Shown in pieces: positions 38,206-45,575 of a stretch of 64,000 nt of DNA. Made by a program: the position numbers and the translations under genes. The notes under the pieces are model-generated. The model was not told the DNA's origin. It made no database searches and saw nothing but the letters and a program-made list of their open reading frames with translations. Within the stretch, counting starts at the first letter, position 1; the number at the start of each line of letters is the position of its first letter. Source of the stretch: Candidatus Vogelbacteria bacterium RIFOXYD1_FULL_46_19 (GTDB taxonomy: Bacteria > Patescibacteriota > Minisyncoccia > Phycocordibacterales > XYD1-FULL-46-19); NCBI GenBank assembly GCA_001824825.1, contig MHTK01000002.1, positions 70,020 to 134,019 on the forward strand, given 5' to 3'.

Positions 38206-38742
38206 ATGAATAAATCCGTTGGTATAGTGGTAGCAGTGATTGTTTTACTCATATTGTTGGGTCTATGGGCGGCATTTAAAGAAAATGAGGAGCAAATCAT
38301 CCCAATAGACGACGATGACTCACCGGCTACCCAAGAGATAAGTCTGTTTTTTCTCAATGAAGACCGTTTTGCTGTGGGAACAGAGCCTTATGAGGATGGA
38401 GTCACTCGCTCTATTCCCGCCTCTAGCGAGGCTAAACAGGCGGTAATTAGCGCCCTTTACGCTGGACCAACAGCGGATGAAACCGACCAATCACTACGTA
38501 TGGTTTATAGCGAGTCGACGGGCGCCAGGGTAGACTTTGACGAAGCCACAGGCACTGCCTCGGTTTATTTAGAGAGTGGCTGTAATAGTGCTGGGGCGAC
38601 TTATACGGTGGCTAATTTAATAATCAGGAATCTAGAGCAGTTTTCAGACGTAAATCGGGTTATTATCTATGATCCGGAGGGTGAAACCTTAGGCTCTGAG
38701 ACAGATATTGGTAATTTGGTCCCCGCTTGTTTACAACCGTAG
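38206..38742 (+). CDS. secreted GerMN-like domain protein
   Basis: Signal/TM anchor, acidic linker, then pattern ISALYAGPT...ASVYLESGC...NRVIIYD reminiscent of GerMN (germination/sporulation lipoprotein-like) domain. Confidence 0.5.
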   Translation: MNKSVGIVVAVIVLLILLGLWAAFKENEEQIIPIDDDDSPATQEISLFFLNEDRFAVGTEPYEDGVTRSIPASSEAKQAVISALYAGPTADETDQSLRMVYSESTGARVDFDEATGTASVYLESGCNSAGATYTVANLIIRNLEQFSDVNRVIIYDPEGETLGSETDIGNLVPACLQP

Positions 38743-38797
38743 TTGGGCTGGCTTTTAGACTCAAGTGTCCCCTAGCTACCCCAACCGTGGCTTATAA

Positions 38798-38826
38798 ATA
38801 TCGCTTAGTTGAGCGATATTTTGTTA
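38798..38826 (+). terminator. putative terminator after GerMN-like gene
   Basis: atatcgct-tagttg-agcgatat hairpin followed by tttgtt. Confidence 0.45.
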
Positions 38827-39059
38827 AAAAAGTGGATAACCTTGGGGACAATGTGTATAACGGACAGTCTTTTTAAAGTAGAGTTTGTCTTTTTACAATG
38901 AGAGAATATTGAAATTATGTTGATAGATAAGGCTTTTACTGGAAAATAAAGGAAAATGGTTAATTCTCAAGAGAAAATCCTAATTTGGTTACATATGTAA
39001 CACTTTCTATAAAAGTTATACATGAAACTTTAACTTAAGGATGTGCTAAACTTTAGTTA

Positions 39060-39455
39060 ATGACGGCGAAAGCTCGATTGGGAGCCCTGGGGGAACAGGT
39101 AGCGGCTAAATATCTAAAGCAAGCCGGCTTTAAAGTGGTGGCACAAAATTACCGGAAACCCTGGGGAGAAATTGACCTAGTGGCTACTAAAGGAGGAAAT
39201 CTTCACTTTGTGGAAGTGAAAACAGTCACTAAAGCCGAGAATGTTTTACATGAAACAGGGGAGCAGGGTGATGATTATGAGCCGGCCGACAATATTCACC
39301 CCTGGAAGTTGAAGCGCCTGGCTCGGGCGATGGAAAGCTTTATGCTTGATCAGAACATTCCCGAAGAGGTGGACTATCAGTTGGATGCCATTTTGGTCTA
39401 CTTAAGCCCTAAGGAGCAGGTGCTTAAAATAGAGTATTTACCGGATATTTTTTAG
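39060..39455 (+). CDS. YraN/UPF0102 family endonuclease-like protein
   Basis: GALGEQVAAKYLKQAGFKVVAQNYRKPWGEIDLVA and FVEVKT motifs typical of UPF0102. Confidence 0.75.
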   Translation: MTAKARLGALGEQVAAKYLKQAGFKVVAQNYRKPWGEIDLVATKGGNLHFVEVKTVTKAENVLHETGEQGDDYEPADNIHPWKLKRLARAMESFMLDQNIPEEVDYQLDAILVYLSPKEQVLKIEYLPDIF

Positions 39456-39520
39456 TAAATTGGTCATAAAAGTGTTGGTTTTTTAAGAAGTTTCGTGTTA
39501 CGATGGGGGAGTTAAAAAAT

Positions 39521-39546
39521 GGGACGTGGTGTAACGGCTAACATTT
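39521..39546 (+). repeat. partial copy of tRNA-Pro 5' half (acceptor-5'/D-arm, 26 nt)
   Basis: gggacgtggtgtaacggctaacatt identical to positions 2-27 of tRNA-Pro at 39576..39648 but followed by sequence that cannot complete a cloverleaf. Confidence 0.7.
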
Positions 39547-39575
39547 TTGGTTTGCCTGTCCGCCAAAGCCAGAGC

Positions 39576-39648
39576 CGGGACGTGGTGTAACGGCTAACAT
39601 TCTCGGTTTGGGACCGAGCGATTCCGGGTTCGAATCCCGGCGTCCCGA
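39576..39648 (+). tRNA. tRNA-Pro (anticodon TGG)
   Basis: Manual fold: acceptor CGGGACG/CGTCCCG, D stem GTGT/ACAT, anticodon stem CTCGG/CCGAG loop TTTGGGA (G37), T arm CCGGG-TTCGAAT-CCCGG, discriminator A. Confidence 0.8.
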
Positions 39649-39669
39649 AAGGGGGCGATGGCAGGTGGG

Positions 39670-39707
39670 GGACCGAGCGATTCCGAGTTCGAATCTCGGC
39701 GTCCCGA
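39670..39707 (+). repeat. partial copy of tRNA-Pro 3' half (anticodon-stem 3' strand through discriminator, 38 nt) with compensatory T-stem substitutions
   Basis: ggaccgagcgattccgAgttcgaatcTcggcgtcccga vs tRNA ggaccgagcgattccgGgttcgaatcCcggcgtcccga; the two differences keep the T stem paired. Confidence 0.75.
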
Positions 39708-39757
39708 CAAAAAAACCACCAAAGACTCCGCTTAAGCGGGGTCTTTGGTGGTTTTAT
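39708..39757. terminator. strong bidirectional intrinsic terminator after tRNA-Pro cluster
   Basis: A7 - accaccaaagactccgc ttaa gcggggtctttggtggt - T4; 17-bp stem. Confidence 0.7.
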
Positions 39758-39925
39758 AAAACTAGTTCGATCAAATCCAACGAAGCTAAATACACTTTTC
39801 GTGTTCATAAAATAAGTACCCGCATTATTTATTGATTGACAAACTGGCTTTTATTGAGCAGGCTAATCAATAGTATTGTTGTGTTCTAGTGTTATTGTAA
39901 TATAGTCAACGAAGGAGGATTTCTG

Positions 39926-40342
39926 ATGAAACGTGAATTTAGCCTCTTGTTGCTAGTGGTGGTGGTTACGTTGGTGGTCGGCTGTCCCACGACAGTGCCG
40001 GGGGAGCGAGAATACTGGATCACGATCGAAAACCACACTGACATGGAGCTGACAGAGTTGTATATTAGCCCCTGCGGTGAAAGTTACTGGGGCGACAACT
40101 GGCTAGTAGGATCCATCGATCCCTGGACGTCCCACTACGAGGTTCTATTTGCCAACCAGTGTTGGGATATCCGGATTGTGTCGGAGTATGGAAACACAAT
40201 GACGACTCAGTTGTTTTTAGACTCCGACTACCTGATTCCTGTCTACCAAAGCAAGTCGGGTCAGTTGCTCGGAGAGAGCGAGGAAGCCTACTGGGAAGAT
40301 GGTGATTTTCTCTTAAAAGAATATCCACCACCCACCGAGTAA
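39926..40342 (+). CDS. small secreted lipoprotein-like protein
   Basis: Signal peptide with LVVGC lipobox-like motif; W/Y/E-rich mature part, 4 Cys. Confidence 0.5.
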   Translation: MKREFSLLLLVVVVTLVVGCPTTVPGEREYWITIENHTDMELTELYISPCGESYWGDNWLVGSIDPWTSHYEVLFANQCWDIRIVSEYGNTMTTQLFLDSDYLIPVYQSKSGQLLGESEEAYWEDGDFLLKEYPPPTE

Positions 40343-40531
40343 CCAGTGCTCGAATCGTTTGCCGTCCCTATCAACAGTAGGGGCGGCACTTCATTTCCGG
40401 AGTTTTTTGATTTCATAGTCAACTTAATATCTCGAGTAAAATTTTTAACTTTTTATCTTGACAGGTTTTTATTAATAATGGACAATGCCCAGCAGATTTA
40501 GTAGTGGTTACACAACTGGGAGGAGACTATA

Positions 40532-41284
40532 ATGCCAAAGCCCAAGTGGAGCGACTTCTGTTTTTTGTTCGTGTTTGGGGCGTCAATGGCTAGCTTGTGT
40601 TTGGTGGAGGCTTACTTAGACGGGTCAGCTTTAAAGCTCGATGTGATTCTCGGCGTCGTTATCGGAGTGCTTGTTACGGTGGTCTACACCGGATTCCGTT
40701 GGTTTGATTGGGACAGGCGAAACGAGGCCATGGTCGAGATCTTACGTTATCATCCGAATGATATCGAAGTCTTTCTCGGGCGGTGGGGTGTGCGGGTGAC
40801 GGCGCAAACCTTCGTCTGTGATATGGCGTTGTTTCGTCAGCATTCGGCCAAATATCTCGGCGCGGTGTTAGCTAAGCTCCTGGAGTATAAGCTTGACCGT
40901 AATGGCTGTCGGCCCGACTACCGCTATAGTGGTCAGTCAGCCTACACCGACTTGGTGCGGATGGCGGTGGTAGCTTACGATCAAGCTAGTCTGCCTAAAG
41001 GCTTTGTCACAGGTTTGAAAAATTACTCGGCTTGCGCGGAATATGAGTTGAGACGAGCGGTAGCGGCGGTGGATTACTATGACCGCCTCACAAGTTGGAC
41101 GACAGAATTGCACGAAATGGAGGAGCGGTTTGCGGGTGAACGCGAGGAGGCAGTGCAAGCTTCTTTAACACCGGTTGCCACTGTTCGGTTGTGGAACTGG
41201 ACCTGGTGCAAGTTGAGCCGGTTGCGACCCACGATTTGGGCGCCCACTTGGACCGCCCCGGCGGTCAAAGAGGCAAAACTCTAA
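40532..41284 (+). CDS. hypothetical membrane-anchored protein in GC-rich patch
   Basis: 250 aa, two N-terminal hydrophobic segments; local GC clearly higher than flanks. Confidence 0.5.
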   Translation: MPKPKWSDFCFLFVFGASMASLCLVEAYLDGSALKLDVILGVVIGVLVTVVYTGFRWFDWDRRNEAMVEILRYHPNDIEVFLGRWGVRVTAQTFVCDMALFRQHSAKYLGAVLAKLLEYKLDRNGCRPDYRYSGQSAYTDLVRMAVVAYDQASLPKGFVTGLKNYSACAEYELRRAVAAVDYYDRLTSWTTELHEMEERFAGEREEAVQASLTPVATVRLWNWTWCKLSRLRPTIWAPTWTAPAVKEAKL

Positions 41285-41405
41285 ACAGATATCCGGTGCC
41301 TCCTTTGAAATTTCTCAAGGGAAGCACCGGTTTTTTGATGCGGGTAATAATATTGACAAAACGCTTAAATTTGTTATAATATAAGAAGATTAAAAAAGGG
41401 GAGGA

Positions 41406-41699
41406 ATGAATATGACTTGGGAGCGCGTTTTTAATTTTTTGGCGGCGGCAGTGACTTTTGTCTGGCGCGAGCTCTTGGGTCCCGTTGTCACCGGCTTGGT
41501 TCGGGGCGCTGGCGAGGGCTTACGAGCGGTGGCCCGGCGACTCGTCCCGCCAGTGGCCGTGGTCGGCCTCTTGGTCCTCTGGTACCGGACCAACCCGGAG
41601 AGTCTGGCCGACTCAATCGGTCTCGTGGTTTTCTTGGGCCTCTTGGCCTGGGTTGGTCGCGAGTGGTTCCGGGCGGCCTTCTCCGGGCGAAGGCGATGA
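41406..41699 (+). CDS. hypothetical small membrane protein in GC-rich patch
   Basis: 97 aa, two TM segments, Arg-rich C-terminus; very GC-rich codons. Confidence 0.4.
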   Translation: MNMTWERVFNFLAAAVTFVWRELLGPVVTGLVRGAGEGLRAVARRLVPPVAVVGLLVLWYRTNPESLADSIGLVVFLGLLAWVGREWFRAAFSGRRR

Positions 41700-41924
41700 G
41701 GGTGTTTCGAGCCGAGGGAAATCTCCTTCGGCTCTTATTTTATACACTTTTATATACAGACAAGTTCTAGCTGATTGACTTTTTTACTGTTTCTGTTATA
41801 CTAGACAGCGTGCGTGTAAATATCTCAAAAAGTTTTCTCTCCAGGTGTATACAAACGCGAGGGAGCAGAGATCAGTATGAGGGGTCGTTACTTCGCATAT
41901 GTTAATAAGTTAAATTGTATACAC

Positions 41925-42191
41925 ATGGCTAAGAAGTTATACGTTGGTGGTTTGCCTTACTCTACCACTGACAGTGAACTCCAGGAGGCTTTTGCTCAGG
42001 CCGGTGCAGTTTCTTCGGCAACCATCATCATGGACCGAATGACTGGCCGTTCCAAGGGCTTTGGTTTCGTTGAGTTTGAAAACGATGGCGACGCTGACAA
42101 AGCGATCGACATGTGGAATGGCAAAGACTTTGGTGGACGGAATCTAACCGTCAACGAAGCTCGCCCGCTCGAAGAGCGACCTCGCCGCTAA
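41925..42191 (+). CDS. RRM-domain RNA-binding protein
   Basis: RNP2 KLYVGGLPY and RNP1 KGFGFVEF motifs; start at MAKKLYV. Confidence 0.85.
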   Translation: MAKKLYVGGLPYSTTDSELQEAFAQAGAVSSATIIMDRMTGRSKGFGFVEFENDGDADKAIDMWNGKDFGGRNLTVNEARPLEERPRR

Positions 42192-42217
42192 CCGTAAGGT
42201 TACGACTGGTTTCTACC

Positions 42218-42246
42218 AAAAAAACCGCCCCAAGGGCGGTTTTTTG
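42218..42246 (+). terminator. intrinsic terminator after RRM gene
   Basis: A7 - ccgcccc aag gggcgg - T7. Confidence 0.7.
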
Positions 42247-42346
42247 TTTTAGGTTGATTTAGATGTTTTTATAAAAATATTAAAGCCGAAGTTACAGTGG
42301 TGTGTGCAACTTCGGCTTTACGAACAGAAACCTCCCCCGCGATATG

Positions 42347-42664
42347 TCATTTTTCCGACCTTCCATGGTGTTGGTGTATCTCCCACGTGTGCGTGATGGC
42401 CGCCTTGGCCCCGCTCCAAATCATGGTGGCCACGATAATTTGAGGCGGATTTTTAGGATTAGTTGGAACAAGTATCCGAAGTTCCTCACTTTGCAGTTTG
42501 GGATACACATCGGAGTTAAATCTGAGAGTGATGCTGGCGCCGTCTGGATTGTGGGAAATCTCAGAGACAACACCTCTATGTCTCGGGGCCACAGTTCCTC
42601 TGGCCGCGTTTATTATTTTGTCATCTAGCGACAAGTTGCGCACTTCAAGCAACACTAGGATCAC
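42347..42664 (-). CDS. hypothetical protein
   Basis: 105-aa ORF more protein-like than overlapping + strand ORF; no motif recognised. Confidence 0.3.
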   Translation of the reverse strand: MILVLLEVRNLSLDDKIINAARGTVAPRHRGVVSEISHNPDGASITLRFNSDVYPKLQSEELRILVPTNPKNPPQIIVATMIWSGAKAAITHTWEIHQHHGRSEK

Positions 42665-42806
42665 CTCCTTTCTGGTGCGGTGGAAATGGGTTTAGTTTCG
42701 ATCACAAAGAACAGATACCCTCATTTTAATAGGGTCGGAATTTATGTCAATGTCAACAATTCCCGTAAGGATGGCTCTCTTCTTTTGGTCGTGATAAAAT
42801 TTATCA

Positions 42807-43220
42807 ATGCCAATTATATTTTTGCTGGTAATTTTAGTGGTCGCGGTGGTGGGTGGGGTGACCAGTGGGTATATAAAGTATCACCGCCGACACGGAAAAA
42901 AATTAGAATGCGCTATTACTACCGATTGTGAGCAGTTATTTTCCAGTTCTTACGAGGCTTGGCGGGGGATAGATAATGAAAAGCTTGGTTTATGGTTTTT
43001 TGGCTTAGTGATTGCTTTTGCGGTCCTTGGGGCGGTGGTAGGGGTTTATTGGTGGCTTAAGGTAGGTTTGCTCTTGGTGACCATGGCTGGAGCCGGGTAT
43101 GGAATTTATTTAATCCACGCCCAAATTAGAGTGATTAAGCACTGGTGCACTTGGTGTTTGGTGCCGACCGTTTCGGCGGTAATCATTCTCTTGGCGGTGT
43201 TGGGGTTACTGGCAGCTTAA
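42807..43220 (+). CDS. VKOR-like (vitamin K epoxide reductase family) membrane thiol oxidoreductase
   Basis: 4 TM helices; loop CAITTDC...SSSYEAW and in-membrane CTWC redox motif. Confidence 0.5.
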   Translation: MPIIFLLVILVVAVVGGVTSGYIKYHRRHGKKLECAITTDCEQLFSSSYEAWRGIDNEKLGLWFFGLVIAFAVLGAVVGVYWWLKVGLLLVTMAGAGYGIYLIHAQIRVIKHWCTWCLVPTVSAVIILLAVLGLLAA

Positions 43221-43282
43221 ATTTTCAGATTGAAACGGCCGAGCAATTTTGCTAGTATGCCTGGTGTTACTCTGTAACATAT

Positions 43283-43353
43283 GCGGGATTAGTTAAATGG
43301 TATAATATCAGTTTTCCAAACTGAGGTTGGGAGTTCGATTCTCCCATCCCGCA
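43283..43353 (+). tRNA. tRNA-Gly (anticodon TCC)
   Basis: Manual fold: acceptor GCGGGAT/ATCCCGC, D stem GTTA/TAAT, anticodon stem TCAGT/ACTGA loop TTTCCAA, T arm GGGAG-TTCGATT-CTCCC, discriminator A. Confidence 0.75.
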
Positions 43354-43555
43354 CAAACCACAAAAGACCGGATTTTAACCTGGTCTTTTTTTGGTTTTAG
43401 TGACGGAATGAGCAAGTAAACTGCTTTACTTGCGTGGAGAATCGAAAGGCGGAACTATGTTTTTCTAGCAAGAAAAACAGGTGAGCCAGGGTCGTGAAAT
43501 CTTGTCCTCGACGGAGGGCAAGATATTCCTGACCGATTCTCCCATCCCGCACAAA
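43354..43555 (+). repeat. tRNA-Gly trailer module copy B: terminator + ~150-nt structured core + 22-nt direct repeat of tRNA-Gly(TCC) 3' end
   Basis: 43534-43555 cgattctcccatcccgcacaaa = 43336-43357; core identical to reverse complement of 37811-37960. Confidence 0.8.
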
Positions 43556-43584
43556 AATTTACCCACCAGACGTGATCTGGTGGG

Positions 43585-44088
43585 TTAGTCGGCAAAACTG
43601 GAAACGATGTCGTAGTGGCAATCAAGGACTATGCCTTGATTGGACCCAGGTTGATACTTGCACCACCCACGTATTTTTTGGTCAGACAAGATGAGTGGTA
43701 GAAAGGTGTAGTCGCCAGCCATCATCTCCACTTGGCGGGGGTTGGCGATCAAGTCAGAAATGTTAAACCACTGACCTTTGACCATTTCCTCACTGTCCTG
43801 GGGCTCACCCTGGTACTTGGTGGTGGTGAAAATATGGACCAAGAACTCTGAATCCGGCCCGTTGTGGAAGGTGATTTCCGCCACTTTAATCAGGTCGGAG
43901 GCTACGAGCTTGACCTCGGTTTCTTCCCGGGTTTCGCGCACGGCCGTTTCTGGTGGGGTTTCGCCCACTTCACATTTACCACCCGGCCCGGTGTACTTAC
44001 CGATACCGATTTTTCCGGTTTTACGGCCCATAAATACTTGGCCATTCCTGTTGGATATAAAAACCAGTGCGCCCACTTTTTTACTCAT
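43585..44088 (-). CDS. NUDIX hydrolase
   Basis: Nudix box GGKCEVGETPPETAVRETREETEV. Confidence 0.85.
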   Translation of the reverse strand: MSKKVGALVFISNRNGQVFMGRKTGKIGIGKYTGPGGKCEVGETPPETAVRETREETEVKLVASDLIKVAEITFHNGPDSEFLVHIFTTTKYQGEPQDSEEMVKGQWFNISDLIANPRQVEMMAGDYTFLPLILSDQKIRGWCKYQPGSNQGIVLDCHYDIVSSFAD

Positions 44089-44205
44089 AGTATTTCTCCG
44101 GTTAGGGTTTCTGACTCAACTCTACCATCATTATTATTTAGCACAAGTCTACTCTTTTGAAAAAGTTTGCTACAATCGGAGGCGTAATAACTAACTTAAT
44201 TTACC

Positions 44206-45039
44206 ATGCTGACATACTGTTATGCTAAGGGAAAAATTGTCCGTTTAAGCCAAGCGACTGTTCCGGCCAATGATCTGGCGATTTTGCGCGGTTACGCCGT
44301 GTTTGATTTTACCCGCATTTATAACGGCCGGCCGTTTCACCTTAAAGATCATTGGGCTCGTTTCAATCGCTCGGCTCGGGAGCTGGATCTTAAGGTACCG
44401 GTTAAGCTAACAGAAGTTGAACAGGCAATTAGTGATCTCTTAAAAAAGAACAAGGTTAAAGATGCTTCCGTCCGCCTGGTGTTGACCGGTGGGGCTAGTG
44501 TGGACTCTATAGCTAAAGGCCCGGCCGAATTTTTTATCTTAATGGATTATCATTATAACTTACCCCCGGCAGTTTTTACGGAGGGAGCTCGGTTGATAAC
44601 CTATGAGTTACAACGGGTACTACCGACGGCTAAAAATACCAATTATGCAGCGGCGGTAAAACTACAGAAGGATCTAAAAAAGGCTAAAGCGGTCGAGGTG
44701 CTCTATGTTAACAATGGTGCCATTTTAGAGTGTTCGACCAGTAATTTTTTTATCGTTAAAAACAAAGTGATAATAACGCCGAAAGATAAAATTTTGACCG
44801 GGGTGACTCGTCAGATCGTGCTTAGACTGGCACGGAAAAAATATAAAATAGAGGAGCGGTCGCTTAAGTTTGTCGAGCTTAAAACCGCCGACGAGGCTTT
44901 CTTAACCGCGAGCAATAAATACGTGACCCCGGTAGTGAAAGTGGATGAGATGGTGATCGGATCTGGTCGGGTTGGCGAGGTGACTAAAGAGTTACTCGCG
45001 ACCTATCACGAAGAAATAAAGAAAGAGTGTTATAGCTAA
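44206..45039 (+). CDS. class IV aminotransferase (branched-chain/D-amino-acid aminotransferase or aminodeoxychorismate-lyase-like)
   Basis: Fold-type IV pattern (FDFTRIY..., VLTGGAS, E..FLTAS..V.PV..VD). Confidence 0.7.
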   Translation: MLTYCYAKGKIVRLSQATVPANDLAILRGYAVFDFTRIYNGRPFHLKDHWARFNRSARELDLKVPVKLTEVEQAISDLLKKNKVKDASVRLVLTGGASVDSIAKGPAEFFILMDYHYNLPPAVFTEGARLITYELQRVLPTAKNTNYAAAVKLQKDLKKAKAVEVLYVNNGAILECSTSNFFIVKNKVIITPKDKILTGVTRQIVLRLARKKYKIEERSLKFVELKTADEAFLTASNKYVTPVVKVDEMVIGSGRVGEVTKELLATYHEEIKKECYS

Positions 45040-45053
45040 AGTATTCGGGACAC

Positions 45054-45081
45054 AAAAAAACCGCTTCTGAGCGGTTTTTTT
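45054..45081. terminator. bidirectional intrinsic terminator between aminotransferase and HU genes
   Basis: A7 - ccgcttctgagcgg - T7. Confidence 0.7.
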
Positions 45082-45106
45082 GTGTAGTGAGAAACGACTT
45101 AGCTGT

Positions 45107-45379
45107 TTACTTGACAGCGTCCTTAAGAGCCTTAGCGGCTCGAAACTTGGGCACACGCATAGCCGGTACTTGAACGGTTTCGCCGGTGCGCGGATTGCGG
45201 GCTGTTCGGGCGGCGCGATCCTTGGTGGAGAAAATACCCAGTCCGGCGATTGATACTTCCTCGCCTTTCTTTAAGGTGTTGACGATGGAGTCAACTACCA
45301 CATCGACTGCTTTCTCAGCGCCGGCCTTGGTTCCGCCGATGGCGACGTGCACTTCCTCGATGATTGCTTGTTTGTTCAT
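45107..45379 (-). CDS. hup: HU family DNA-binding protein
   Basis: MNKQAIIEEV...GLGIFSTKDRAARTARNPRTGETVQVPAMRVPKFRAAKALKDAV. Confidence 0.9.
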   Translation of the reverse strand: MNKQAIIEEVHVAIGGTKAGAEKAVDVVVDSIVNTLKKGEEVSIAGLGIFSTKDRAARTARNPRTGETVQVPAMRVPKFRAAKALKDAVK

Positions 45380-45575
45380 ACCATAGATGGTTAATTTGCT
45401 AATGGCACGACCTTAATACCTTGATTAATAGTATATATTTTAGGGCTAGATGGTGCAATAGCTAGGTATTTTGGTGATCCGGGGTTTTTATGATTAAACA
45501 ATAAGCACCCAGACCGGTTTATCTTACCGATACGGGTGCTGATTAGTAAAAAGTGAAGTTAAAATCGATTCAAAA

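Noticed and set aside
39512-39835. ORFs 39512..39808 (-) and 39608..39835 (+)
   Set aside because: They span tRNA-Pro, its partial copies and the terminator; translations contain tRNA-derived repeats (…PKTPLKR…LWWF… on both strands, from the palindromic terminator). Non-coding.
43283-43353. Initial reading of this tRNA as tRNA-Trp (CCA)
   Set aside because: Careful stem assignment (TCAGT/ACTGA) gives a 7-nt loop TTTCCAA with anticodon positions 34-36 = TCC, i.e. tRNA-Gly; the CCA call came from a mis-phased loop.
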